Shown: positions 25,303 to 37,801, numbered from the stretch's first letter. The stretch is DNA of 64,000 nt from Octopus bimaculoides (GCF_001194135.2 NC_068984.1:33884993-33948992); one strand, 5' to 3'. Numbers and translations are program-made. Notes: generated from the letters alone by a model not told the origin.

Positions 25303-25332
25303 CTGATGAACACAATCATGTCGAAACATGTT
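25303..25332 (+). ncRNA. Degenerate minimal hammerhead-ribozyme-like motif
   Basis: CTGATGA-acacaatcatgtc-GAAAC-ATGTT: conserved CUGAUGA and GAAA boxes, short imperfect stem II, palindromic ACATGT stem III as in Penelope-associated minimal hammerheads. Stems I and II pair poorly. Confidence 0.35.
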
Positions 25333-25649
25333 TACCGACACAATTATAGAATATAAAATATAAAATATATTTAGATTTAATTGTGTAAACATAAAGTTCT
25401 GAAATAATATTTCTTTTCTCTTGTTTCATTCCTTTAAACGTAAACTGAAATGGAATTGCCTAAAACTTTTCACATTCTTCGAAAAAAAGATTTGTGCAAA
25501 CCGTTGGAAATTCTCCTCAGAACAGCCAACCAACATAAGTAATTTTTGTTTGATACCTAGAAGTGCGATTTTTGCCGATGCTGGCTACGACCACTCACTC
25601 TGAGTTTTACATTTATCTGCATGTGTTTGTGTATATATGTGTGTATGCG

Positions 25650-25681
<32 letters not shown>

Positions 25682-25682
25682 A

Positions 25683-25719
<37 letters not shown>

Positions 25720-26463
25720 TGTTCAAACACAAAGACATTGATATATCACTTAAACACACATTGTCAGATGTGCTATGCAGTTGGACGAACATACATTTTG
25801 TTGTCAGTTATTTAAATTCTTTTCTTATCTGTTTGCTGTCATTTCACAATGGTGATGGTGTGTACGCGAGAGGGGCGCGGCGATGGTGTAAAGGTTGGTT
25901 ATGTGTTTTTCGGTGCATCCTCCTAATAGACATTCTAATTGAATCACCTTGTAATTTCCAGCAGATGAACATTTGCAATCGTTTTCAATGAGAAAGAAAC
26001 AGCCTTATATGTTACACCCACAGCAGGAAGAATTAAATTGCCTTGCTATGCATCAGTGATTTTATTAATGATTGGACATTTCATTCACCGAAAACCTTGC
26101 AGCTAAACCTGATTATATACTTCAGAGAAAAGCACTGTATGCAATGCATCGTCTTAAAAATGAATGCTTTAAATACAGTTAATTGTCCGGCCAAAACCTA
26201 TTCTCCAAACTATGAACGAATTTCTAAGCGAGTTAAGTTACTACCATTTTCCTTCGAGTTCTTTTACATCTGTGTTTTCCCGCAGAGCGAAATTCTAATA
26301 AAACAGATTATTCGTTTCTTTCACACACACACCGTATTAAATGAAAATACTCAATACCATACATTATCTCTACCCCCTCAACAATACAGGAATATACTTC
26401 ACTGTGTATATACACACGTGTACACACGCCCGCCCGCGCGCGCACACACACAAACGCACACCA

Positions 26464-26530
<67 letters not shown>

Positions 26531-26579
26531 GATGCATCTATGGCAAATCTTTATTATTATTATTTTTATTATTATTATT

Positions 26580-27126
26580 GAGTGAGAGAGCAGCGCATGC
26601 TCTCAAAGTGACACAGGGGTACAAATATACAAATCCCAGTATACACATCATGATTAGCCGTCTGAAAATGGTTCACCAGACAAGTGCATCACAACCATAT
26701 GTACGCGACATGGTGATCGCATATCAAGATAAACAGTACATAACTTTGCAGGTGGGGCCCATTTAGAATTTTCTTCTGGTCGAGTAGCCCACCCTTCTCA
26801 ATAGATTCCTGAATTAAGGTTGTTTAATGATGTTGAACAAAAAGCCCTATGTTTCCAGAGGTTAATTATTCAAGCCCCCATAGAATTCCGCTCTGCACAT
26901 GGCTATGATGTTCATCCACTACTCCTACTTATGATCAGAGATGCACATACTGTCAGTCATTAACGATCATGCTCAAATGCTTAGAGTCACACAACTGACA
27001 TGCAAATCTGTGGTATTGAGCAGAATATTTGCTGCAGCCCAACTTTTGTACCGATACAAAGCAAGTAAATGATAACATTCCAATAAGTTATGATCCAAAG
27101 CTATGAGAGTCAGGACTAAGTGTTGC
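26580..27126. mobile_element. ~550-bp non-coding repeat unit, copy 1, flanked by (ATT)n
   Basis: Starts gagtgagagagcag directly after an ATT tract and is collinear with 27141-27697. No ORF. Confidence 0.8.
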
Positions 27127-27140
27127 ATATTATTATTATT

Positions 27141-27693
27141 GAGTGAGAGAGCAGTGCATGTCATCAAAATGACACTGGAGTAAAACATACGAAGCCTATT
27201 GTACCCATCATGACTACCCGTCTGATAAGGGTACAGCAGGCACATGTATCACAACCATATGTGCGCGACATGGTGATCTCATATCAAGATAAAGAGCGCA
27301 TGACTTTGCAGGTGGGGTCCTGTTAGAATTTTTTTCAGGTCGAGTAGCCCATCCCGCTCAAAAGGTCCCTGAATAAGGTTTGTTTAAGGATGTTGAGCAA
27401 AACACCCATGTTTCCAAATGTAAATTATTCAAACCCCAAAGGATTCCTCTCAACACATGGCTATGATGCTCCCCACTACTTCTGTTCATGATCAATGATG
27501 CACATATCGTCAGCCACCAAGGGTCATGCTCAACTGGTTAAGGTCAAACAACTGACAAGCAAATCTGTGGTATTGAGCAGAATATTTGCTGTAGCCCATC
27601 TTTTATACCGAGACAAAACAATGTACATGATAGCACTTCCAATCAATTAAGATCAAAAGCCATGAGAGCCACTGCCTGGTACTGCATCCGGGC

Positions 27694-27697
<4 letters not shown>
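27141..27697. mobile_element. ~557-bp non-coding repeat unit, copy 2, flanked by (ATT)n
   Basis: Diverged direct repeat of 26580-27126, bounded by ATT tracts at 27127-27140 and 27698-27774. Confidence 0.8.

Positions 27698-27774
<77 letters not shown>
27698..27774. repeat. (ATT)n microsatellite
   Basis: About 25 uninterrupted units. Confidence 0.98.
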
Positions 27775-27992
27775 GAAGGCGGTGAGCTGGCAGAATCGTT
27801 AGCACGCTGGACGAAATGCTTCGCGGTTTTTCTCCCGTTGCTCTGTTCTGAATTCAAAATCCACCGAAGTCGAATTTGCCTTTCATCATTTCAGAATCAA
27901 AAAATTAAGTACCAATTGCGTACTGGGGTCAATCTAGTCGACAGGCCCCCTCCCCCAAAGCTTCAGGCCTGGTGCCTATAGTAGAAACGATC
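27775..27992 (+). mobile_element. Full-length family B tRNA-derived SINE
   Basis: gaaggcggtgagctggcagaatcgttagcacg head, ttctgaattcaaaatcc B-box-like site, gcctttcatc..aattaagtacca core, cctatagtagaaa end running into an ATT-type tail. Confidence 0.85.
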
Positions 27993-29660
27993 ATTAATTA
28001 TTATTGTTGTTGCTGTTGATTTTTGTTCTTACTGTTGTCGTTTATTGTCTTTGCACAGCTTCTAACGCTGGAGATGTACTACGGTACCAGCTGTTCACTA
28101 CCAGCGAACTAAGGTAACACCCCTTATTTTTCGAGCACCATCCGGAATATTCGAGCAGATCCAAGCAGTGCTGTTTCCTGCATGTGCTCCACCCACGCTG
28201 CAGCCCCTATTTGTTCCATGTACTTCTCAAGATTTTTACTCAATGTTCCCAGGGATCCGACACTTATTGGTACTACTACCACCATTTTCATCGACCAAAC
28301 CTGCTTAACTTCCCACGCTGACCTGTCATATCAACTTTTCTTTCTTCCTTATCGCATACCTTGTTGTCAGCTGGGCATGCTATATCTATGATCCAGCATC
28401 GTTTGTTTTCTTTCTCAGTTAACATTATATCTGGCTTCCTATTCTCTATCACATGGTCGCACTGAATCATAAATTCCCATAGGATCTTTGCATTATAATT
28501 GTTGATGATGCTTTCGGGTTTATGCTCGTATCACTTTTTTGCTCTGTCAAGTCCATACTTGTTGCAAAGTGTCCTATGGAAATCCTTGCTATATTGCCAT
28601 GGCGTCTCTTATAATTTATCTGAGCTAGTGGTGTACATTGACGGGTAATATGCCTTTCGGTTTCAACATTATGTCCTCAATTCTGCACTTATCACTTTCT
28701 TCTGTGTTGTCTATTCTGTATTTGATGTAATTCGTTCTTAGTACTTGCTCTTTGACAGCACAGATTAGAGCCTCCATTTCCGGTTTTAAATCATTTTCAG
28801 TCTTCTAGTCTTGTTTCTCCGTCGGTCTTATATCTTCAACATCCCTATGAAATTGTCCATGCATTCTTTTCTTTATTCACCTATTTTCAGTTTCATTCAT
28901 TCTCTAGTGCTTGTGCAGTGCTTTATATTTGCACTCTTCCATCCTACACAAGCCTGACCTTCTTACTTCCAATAATAGTGGTTCTGTTGCATTTTTTACA
29001 TACCATGCTATGTTGTTTTCTTCTGCTCTAATGCTCTGTTCGCATCCAATCAGTCTTTTTCACCCTCTTTTTCTTGGTACATACAGTCTGTTTGTGTCAC
29101 TTTTTGGGTGGAGTATCCCATATCTACTCAGCAACACTCTTGTCTTTCTGTCTAAGCTGTTTAGCTCGTCTACTGTCCATGCGATTACTCCTGTTCCATA
29201 TCTAAGTAGTGAAGCCGCCCAGGTGTTGATAGCTTCAGTCTTATTCCTTCTGTTTAATTTCGACCTACGTATCGGTCTCAATCAGCGCGAGTACTCCACC
29301 TTAAATTTTTCTGTCATTTATTTCTCCATCAATTTATCTATTTCCAGTATCCCCAAGTACTTATAGCCCGTTTTTTCTATCTGATTCATAACTTCCCACG
29401 ACGGTATCTCTAACTAATCCATACATTTGATTTTGCTTCTCTTCAAGACTAACACACAACATTTTTTCAGTTCGAACTCCATTCTCATGTTAGCACTGGC
29501 AGTATAAACAATATCTGCGATGGAACTGACTTGGGATTCATCTTTACCATAAAGTTTGAAGTTATCCATAAATAACAAGTGGTTGACTTCCTGTTGGCGG
29601 CTCTTGAATACATACCCAGCTTTTTCTTTCCTCAGAATCAGTGATTTCTATTGTCCCCAA
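27993..29660 (-). mobile_element. 5'-truncated R4/Dong-type non-LTR retrotransposon (RT end, CCHC knuckle, restriction-like endonuclease)
   Basis: VNHLLFMDNFKLYG; SKLNRRNKTEAINTWAASLLRY..LHPKSDTNRLYVPRKRG; degenerate knuckle CRI..HIT..CTPLAQINYKRRH; IQCDHVIENRKPDI..IIDIACPAD (PD..D RLE motif); AAC/AAT-rich 3' tail at 27993-28050. Frameshifted. Confidence 0.88.
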
Positions 29661-30129
29661 ACTTCATCTGTATACTATCAGTTCTGACCTCCACTTCGTC
29701 ATACTTTTTCCAAGCAATCGCTTAACATTCGATGCAATACAAAATACGTTGGGTGTTGGATTGAGGTTTGGTGTTGTGTGAATGGAAAGAGGAGGAATGT
29801 ACGTACACAAATGTGTGTATGTGTGTGTATATTTGTGAATGTGTGTGTGACCGTGTACAGCTGTGTGTGAGTGTGCACATGGATGTATTTGTGTGTGTTT
29901 GTGTGCATCTTTGTCCGTACACATGTTTATGAACGCCAATGTAAGGTGCAAGAGGAGATGCAAAATGTTGTGCTGTCATTCTGCGGTCTACGTAGGCAGT
30001 GGTTATTTGAAACCCTGTTCTTAATTGTGGAGCAGCCAATGTTCAGGAGCAGCCGATGTCACGGTGCTATGTCTGGGTTGTTGGCAGCTAGTGGTTTGAT
30101 GTTCACTAGGAGGGTGTGCCTTTGGTAAC

Positions 30130-30720
30130 AACAATAAGATAATTCGTATTTCTTCTTGATAGGCAACACGGGTTGGTTGAGAATATGCAGTTTTTCATGG
30201 AGGCAGTGCCGGCAATTACGGGTGTCAGAAAATTAGGGTAGAGCCCCTGTCGATTATGGTCTATTCCATATTGGGTGTTTCATTCCAGAGGTCACGGTGT
30301 CTCTAGAGAGAACGAGACAAAGAAGTGGAATTCTTTGTATCCCTGCATTTAGGTGAGTGCTTATGCTGTGTGTGATTTACCTTGATGTCAATAGCTGTCA
30401 TGCCCGTGTATTGCCTTGTGATGTATTCAGATGATGTAAGGGTAGCTCTATAGATTACAGCACTTGAGGGGCAGAATCCACTTAGAGGGAAGCTAGTATA
30501 GTTTCGACAGTTACAGCTTGGGTTTGGAGGTTTTGAAGGTGCATGCTTCTGTCTGTTAGCATGCAATATTAGAAGCGATCTTATTTAAGCAGGAGTAGTT
30601 CACCTTGACGTTATGTAGGTTGAAGTGGTTAAAGTGTTTGTGGCCCCAGGAAAATTTCTTCATAATGAACAACAGGAAGTTCCTAGCTAGTTGATGGCAA
30701 CTTCTGGGTTACATGGAGGA
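30130..30720 (-). mobile_element. Penelope-like element GIY-YIG endonuclease remnant
   Basis: NVKVNYSC..CNCRNYTSFPLSG.C..SAVIYRATLT..YTGMT..NSTSLS..CRHCLHEKLHIL matches the PLE CNCR..CPL.G.C..VIY.A..YIG.T..CLEEK..I pattern. Confidence 0.85.
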
Positions 30721-32399
30721 CTGAACCGGATTATTATTCTCTTTTTGGTTCTCACCGACCAGTTAAAAATTGCTGTCAAATTTCACTTAAACCACAATGT
30801 ACTATGTTTAAAAAGACACATTGGTTAATCTAAATTCGAGTACAGTATTGCGTCAAAAAAGACAAAGCAGGATGATCGTGGCTTGATTAACCTCGATTTT
30901 GTGTTACTTCATTCTACGATGACTTATAGCTAAAAACGAAAAAAAAAAACAGGATATCACAAATCTGTTTTAAATGATACTTTATAACGTTATAAAAAAT
31001 TTTGAGATATCATAGTTAGAATATCTTTGAACATGTCTGCTTGATCAGAGCGGATCTGGGGCTAAACAATAACGTCAGTACTGTAAAATTGACAAGTGGT
31101 TAACAGGCAGTTCTGAATTCACCTCAGCCAAATAGCTTGGAGAATACAAATGAAACGACATGCTCTGAATTTTTCAGAAGTATCGTTACACTTTAAATCG
31201 ATGAGAGATTTCACAGAAGAGTTCATTGAGTTCAGTTGCCATTAGGAGTGAAATAATCAAATGCTGTGAACACTTGCCCTTCTTCACAGAAGGAGAATAC
31301 ATACATACATACATTCACACACAAAACACACACACACAACACACACAAACACACGCTCTCATGTATATATATGTATATATATATGTATATATATACGTAT
31401 GTATATATATATNNNNNNNNNNNNNNNNNNNNNNNNNNNNNNNNNNNNNNNNNNNNNNNNNNNNNNNNNNNNNNNNNNNNNNNNNNNNNNNNNNNNNNNN
31501 NNNNNNNNNNNNNNNNNNNNNNNNNNNNNNNNNNNNNNNNNNNNNNNNNNNNNNNNNNNNNNNNNNNNNNNNNNNNNNNNNNNNNNNNNNNNNNNNNNNN
31601 NNNNNNNNNNNNNNNNNNNNNNNNNNNNNNNNNNNNNNNNNNNNNNNNNNNNNNNNNNNNNNNNNNNNNNNNNNNNNNNNNNNNNNNNNNNNNNNNNNNN
31701 NNNNNNNNNNNNNNNNNNNNNNNNNNNNNNNNNNNNNNNNNNNNNNNNNNNNNNNNNNNNNNNNNNNNNNNNNNNNNNNNNNNNNNNNNNNNNNNNNNNN
31801 NNNNNNNNNNNNNNNNNNNNNNNNNNNNNNNNNNNNNNNNNNNNNNNNNNNNNNNNNNNNNNNNNNNNNNNNNNNNNNNNNNNNNNNNNNNNNNNNNNNN
31901 NNNNNNNNNNNNNNNNNNNNNNNNNNTATATATATATATATATATATATACACATACATACATAGATACATACATACACACACACATACATACATACATA
32001 CATACATACATACATACATACATACATACATACATACGTACACATACACACATATATATATATATATCAGTATGTTGTTACCGAGATTTAAAATTTCCCT
32101 CACATTATAGGGTTTCACGAGACTTATTCTGCAGTGACTACTAACTTACTAGTTACTAATGAATTTATTCATGTGAAGTTAACGATGTGTTTGAATGCAT
32201 GTGTGTGTGTATGTACGTATGATGTACAGGAAAATAAACTTTCCTGTATTCATCTTTTCGATGTACGCTTTTATCTCACTTCACTTCTCTCGAAAGATGT
32301 TGCACTCAGTGACATTAATACACATGACATTTTAAAAGAATTTTGAGGAGTTCTTATACTCACCCTATACCGCTGGTGCCGGTAAAAAAAAAACAATAT

Positions 32400-33239
32400 T
32401 TTGCATCTTCAACTCAATTCTCATCCTCTAGATGCATCTCTCGCCAATACTGACATTGCAAGCACTATTAGTCTCTTTCTCATCGCCAAACCTAAGCTCT
32501 AGCAGACACTGACTGTGTCTCTACCAATCCAGTAATCATCTGGCCCCTTTCTTATCAGAAGTATTTATCTCATATCACCATATTTCACCATCCTCCACTT
32601 CGTAGACTCTAAAGCACTTCAGGTTAGTTGACAACCTGGTGCCCTACTGAATCTAAATGTATTCTACCAATCTCTGGTAACATGTTGCACTTCAACCCTG
32701 ATCCATCAGAAACAGCTAACCAGATGAGTAGCACTATCCTCCTGGGCATACCACCCTTCATCTCGCACAAAACTAAAAATCACAGCTACAAGTCTCCGAA
32801 GTAGTTCACCTATTGCTGCGTTACAGTAGTTCCGGCGGAAAACACGGGCTACCGCTACAAACCGGACAACTAGTTGCAAGCTCACCGTCCTACGAAATTA
32901 CAACAGATCTTTCTTGTCCCTTGTCAAAAGAAGCCCAACCAAACTTGAAGAATCCTTCTTTACTCTACTCTTCCATCACGATAGTTCTCTCGGTAATAAT
33001 CCCACAGAGAGAAAGGTTCTACATCCACTGCCTACTTTGTATTCCAGTCCACACTGAACACATTACATAAACCTCCAAAGCTGTTCACTTCTACCCCTCC
33101 ATGTTTACCGACATGCAAAAATATACACCAAGAGGGAAATTTGTTTTTAGTCGCTTCAATCCAATGTAGTCACCAACATTGACAACGTATCTTAGATTAC
33201 AATTCTTCCTTCAGCTAACCTTCGCACACGAAACCCCAG

Positions 33240-33322
<83 letters not shown>

Positions 33323-33750
33323 TTCTATCTATATATCTCCCTCTCTCTCTCTCCTTCTCTCTCTGTTGATATATTACTACATCTTAGGAAACACAGTGAA
33401 GTGAATCATTTTCCCAAGATGTGCAACCCTTAAATATTTCTCTCACCGGAATTACAACCAGTTTGGCTTTCGTAAAATCAAATCTACTGGAGATCTGCTT
33501 TCCTATGTCACACTCTAGCGTCGTTGTTCTTGACATCAGCTAAGCTTCCTAGCATGTCCAACCCCTGAATATCCTGTTAAAACTGCATCCAATATCTCTT
33601 TTGTTAAATCGCATTAATGTGGCGCATGCTGATAGAACTGTCTCTAATCTACACTCTATCAACTGCAAAGGAGTATATATCATTGTTTCTTTGTATGGTT
33701 AAAAAAAAGAAGAAATCTCTCACTACTTATATAAAAAAAAAACATCATCA
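32400..33750 (+). mobile_element. Degraded, internally deleted CR1/L2-group LINE (endonuclease and RT fragments)
   Basis: At ~33455-33600, NQFGFRKIKSTGDLLSYVT..VVVLDISK (cf. QYGFR..RSTGDLL..VALDISKAF). The upstream region is only loosely compatible with the endonuclease; interrupted by (CT)n at 33240-33360. Confidence 0.65.
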
Positions 33751-36036
33751 CAATCCGCCACAACTTCGGCAGAAACAGCAATCCATTAGAACAACTTTAC
33801 GTAGTTACAAAACAATAGGCCCCACAAACACTGAAGATCTCTCGCATTAGCTTCTTAAATGTAATCAACAGTGGAGTACTGCTTCTAAATCTGGAACGGA
33901 GTTGCTGCTATGCACCTAGATCGCATACAAATAAACTTCACTCAACTTATTAGCTTGAAGTCACTCTAAAATATAATACAATTTTTGTTCTATAGAAATG
34001 ATGTCTCTTCCCTCTTCCTTTTCTACCACTACTACAATGGTCTCTACAGCTTAAAATTGGCTGGTCTCGTTCACCATCACCAAAGCACATTTTAGCTCAC
34101 TTGCCTCTCCTCCTCTCTTCACTTGTATTATATCTAATCCCCAAGCCCGCACTACTAATGCTATATTTAGTCCTTCCTCTCTGGAATTTCCCCTAGTAGT
34201 TTTTCCTGCAATCATTTCAACAGATTGCTGACGACATTAATCTCACTGATCTCGGAGACCTTACGAAATCCAGAGCGTATCCTCTTCATCTAGGTCACAC
34301 AAATAAAAACAATTTAATTCTTCGTGTCTCAGTTAATGTACCTGGAGAATCGGTATCAGGCTTATGTATAGAGTTTTCTTCTTACTGATTATGAAGACGA
34401 AAAACATGTGTCCAGCTAACTTGGTTATTTAACATTACATAAGTTGAAGTTAATCCTTACTTCAATAAAGTCGGAAGTTCAATAACAAATTCAAATATTT
34501 AGTGTGTGTCTCCTAAGAATGTAATACATGTTTGCCACCAACTATCTGTGATCTATCGATATATCTCCTCTGTTGCAGCATGTAAAAATGTCGAGTGGCA
34601 ATAAAGAAATGTAAATTCTTCGAGTTCTTTTTACCACTCGCAATTTCTTACCAACTGTTCTTCGACACAACATATAACGGTTGGGAAAATATTTAGAGCA
34701 AGGTTTAAATGCAAAATTCAGTAGATATAATGAGATCAGAAATGGACAGTGCCCATAGGCATTTTGCTTAGACTCTGAAACTGGTGAGGGAAAGGGAAGA
34801 TCTTGGTGCACTCTGACTGGAAACTGGATCGGAATGCTTACAACAGAGTCGAACCTGATTAAAGCAACCAAGAACCAGTGATGAATTACGTCTCCTACAC
34901 AAAAGTAGGTGTAGACTATTTTGCACAGTTTTCTAACCAGTTTCATTTATAAAGATTGAGACGATTCGAGAGTACGGGATATGATCTTGTCTCAAAGTTC
35001 TGCACACTGATATCGAATTCAGAACCCTGAATTTACGAAACATTTGTTCAACAACACAGCCATGTATGCACCAATCAAAAACATAATATACTACTAAATC
35101 AGAGGAGCAGAAAGTGTTGTAGTCATGATTAAGAATACGTGTATCTTGGTCAGTGAATTGGTAACGGACGTATTTTCCAATTAACCAGATGACTTTTATT
35201 TCGATGTAGTATAAAAAAGAATTACTGTGAGTGGCAGTGCCAGCATACACCATACGTGAGATGCACTGAAAAAGCAGTCCAACTTATGTCTCATACACGA
35301 AAATAAATGTCAATTTATTAGTAATGAGCCCTTTTAGAACATTAAAAGTGTCTATCAAATTTAATGTTTTTCAAATATCTATTGATTTGATTTTTGAATT
35401 GGTTGTTTGCTTGTCTTTGTCTTGATAGCTTTCCTGAGTAACCGATTCCAGCTTGCATAGATCCGTTTCGAGATTTGTTGCTTTGTAAGCAAGAATCGCT
35501 TTTTAAATAACTTTCGTGAATAGCCTCTCATTGATGATTGATGGAATTCTAAGAGAAACATTAAGTGTCTTGTTTAAAATAACTAGCAACTATATGACCA
35601 CAAGTGATCAATATTTAAGACGATTCCTAGACACTCATCTGGTTATTTTTAAATTTTATTGATATTTAATTAACACACATTAAACGTTGATAAGGAATTA
35701 AATAAACCAAGCAGAAATTCAATTAAAGCAATCAATATCTTTTTCGGAATTTTCTAAATATTAAATTAAGTATTAACTACGAATAAATATGCAAATTGAC
35801 ACATATACACGTGCGTACATGAATGTATGTATGTATGTATGTATGCATATGTGTATGTATGTGTTAGTGTGTGTGTATGTTTGTATGTGACTGCATGTGT
35901 GCCATTTGTGTGTAGAGCGTGCGTCTGTGAGTGCCTGAGTGTGCGTGCCGCTGTGCACTGAGAGTGCATGTACGTATCCTTTTCTCTCTCTCACTCACAC
36001 TCTCTTTCTCTCTCTCTCTCTCTTTCTCTCGCTCTT

Positions 36037-36120
<84 letters not shown>

Positions 36121-36340
36121 TCGCTCTATCTGTATATGTGTGTGTGTGTGTGTGCGCGCACACATGCTTTTGTGTGTACGTGCGTGTGTGCAAGTGTGTA
36201 TGAGTCAAGTGTGTGTTTCTATAAGTGCGTGTGTCAACGTACAAACGGGGTGCGTCGGATATTTCTGAACATAACTTTAGTGAGCCGTAAAAGCGAAGCA
36301 AAATATCACTCTACTTTCATCATTCTCATTTCTCTTTCAG

Positions 36341-36640
36341 ACTTACCGATAGCATTGATATGATCAGATAATTTCTGACACAGGAAATGAAGAAGCATAT
36401 CATACTCTAACCAGAGCCACGAAACACTGACTCGGAGATGGCTAGCCTCTTAAAAGTGATTGGATCTTTTATGTTTGTGGTTGGGACATCAGCAAGGACG
36501 AGAAAATAGTATTCTCAGCGGCAAGACATTGTAAGGACGGCTGAATTCGTTGTCCAACAGGTTCAATCGAACATCAATGACAAACGAGCCAAACGAATAA
36601 ACGTCGTCATGGTAGCTCTAGGTTTCAGAATCTGCGATCA
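36341..36640 (+). other. Candidate exon-like segment: strong acceptor, ATG with hydrophobic leader, in-frame TAG, then continued open frame
   Basis: Acceptor ttctcatttctctttcag at 36340. ATG 36438 gives MASLLKVIGSFMFVVGTSARTRK, TAG 36507-36509, then YSQRQDIVRTAEFVVQQVQSNINDKRAKRINVVM. A competing 28-nt minus-strand exon (36347-36374, donor gtaagt) overlaps. Confidence 0.2.
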
Positions 36641-36669
36641 GATGTGTGGTACGAGAAGACATTCTATCA

Positions 36670-37195
36670 TTTACGTGTTTCAATCATTGGACTGCGATAA
36701 TGCTGGGGCGCAGCTTTGAAGGTTCTAATCGAACAAATCGACTCATTATATTTTATGTTTGTTTTTCTACTCTAGGCACGAGGCCCGAAATTTTGGGGGA
36801 GGGGGCCAGTCGATTAGATCGACTGCAGTACGCAATTGGTATTTAATTTATTGACCCCGAAAGGATGAAAGGCAAAGTCGACCTCGAAGGGATTTGAACT
36901 CGGAACGAAAAGACAAACGAAATACCGCTAAGCATTTCGCCCGGTCTGCTAACGCTTCTGCCACCTTGCCGCCTTTGGTTTAAGCTTGGTATTTATTCTA
37001 CCGAGGTATTTGGTCGAATCGCTAACTTAAGAGATTGTAAGCAAATTAACGTCGGTCGTCAGTTGAAAGAAGCGGGGAAACAAACATGAATCGAAAGGCA
37101 AGCATACATGCTTTCCCAAGGGGGTGGGCACTGGGACTGAACCCGAAACCATGTGGTTGCAAAGCGAGCTTCTTAACCACACAACCATTAATTAC
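36670..37195 (-). mobile_element. Family A SINE interrupted by a family B SINE (36765-36975)
   Basis: A-tail ~36670-36760, intact B copy 36765-36975, A body resumes ~36980 and ends in the head (ggactgaacccgaaaccatgtggttgcaaagcgagcttcttaaccacac) at ~37195. Confidence 0.8.
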
Positions 37196-37439
37196 AGTTC
37201 ATACACTTCGCTGCCATCATTTAGGCTGGGTAGATTTTGATGAAAAGCTCGGTTTTTTTTTGTTTGTTTTTTTTTTGTTTTTTTGTCGATCTACTGAGCT
37301 GAACATGTTTTGGACATTTTCTCTTTCATATTTTTCTTGCTCCTTGGGCTTTTAATTTTATTATCGGTTGCAAACGTGTGTGTGCGTGTGTGTGTGTGTG
37401 TGTGTGCACGTGCGTGCGCGCGTGCGTGCGTATGAAAGT

Positions 37440-37710
37440 ACATGGCCTAATGAATTGGGTGTTGGGCTCGTAATCGTAAGGTCGTAGGCCCGATTCATGG
37501 ACCGAATAGTGCTCTGTGCCCTTGAACAAGTCACTCCATTTCACGCTACTCCAGCCTAATCAGTTCAAAATTGAGTACCAGCCGACAGCTAGTGCGGCTC
37601 ACTCTCCCTCCAACTACCATATCCTTGATGTTACCCTGGATGAGTGGGTTTAGGCGAGTGTCTGTGCCAACCCGCGACTAGAGAGACAACTACAACAATT
37701 AGCGGAACTG
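37440..37710 (+). mobile_element. tRNA-derived SINE (family C)
   Basis: atggcctaatg..gtgttgggctcgtaatcgtaaggtcgtagg head, then gtgcccttgaacaagtcactccatttcacgctactccag..aattgagtacc. Confidence 0.65.
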
Positions 37711-37801
37711 TGATAATGTGATATAAGTCACCAGATCATATTCAGTTCAGAGTGTCGACTAAGCTTCTTTTATATGTATATTCGCGTGCGTGCGTGCGTG
37801 C

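Noticed and set aside
26580-27697. Repeat-spacer-repeat layout suggestive of a CRISPR array or satellite
   Set aside because: Only two ~550-bp units separated by microsatellite in a eukaryotic context; no short repeats with unique spacers.
31226-32144. Long ORFs of 190-390 aa here and at 10085-10645, 13071-13738, 55692-56867 and 57458-58627
   Set aside because: They consist of N-gap (X) residues and dinucleotide-repeat translations.
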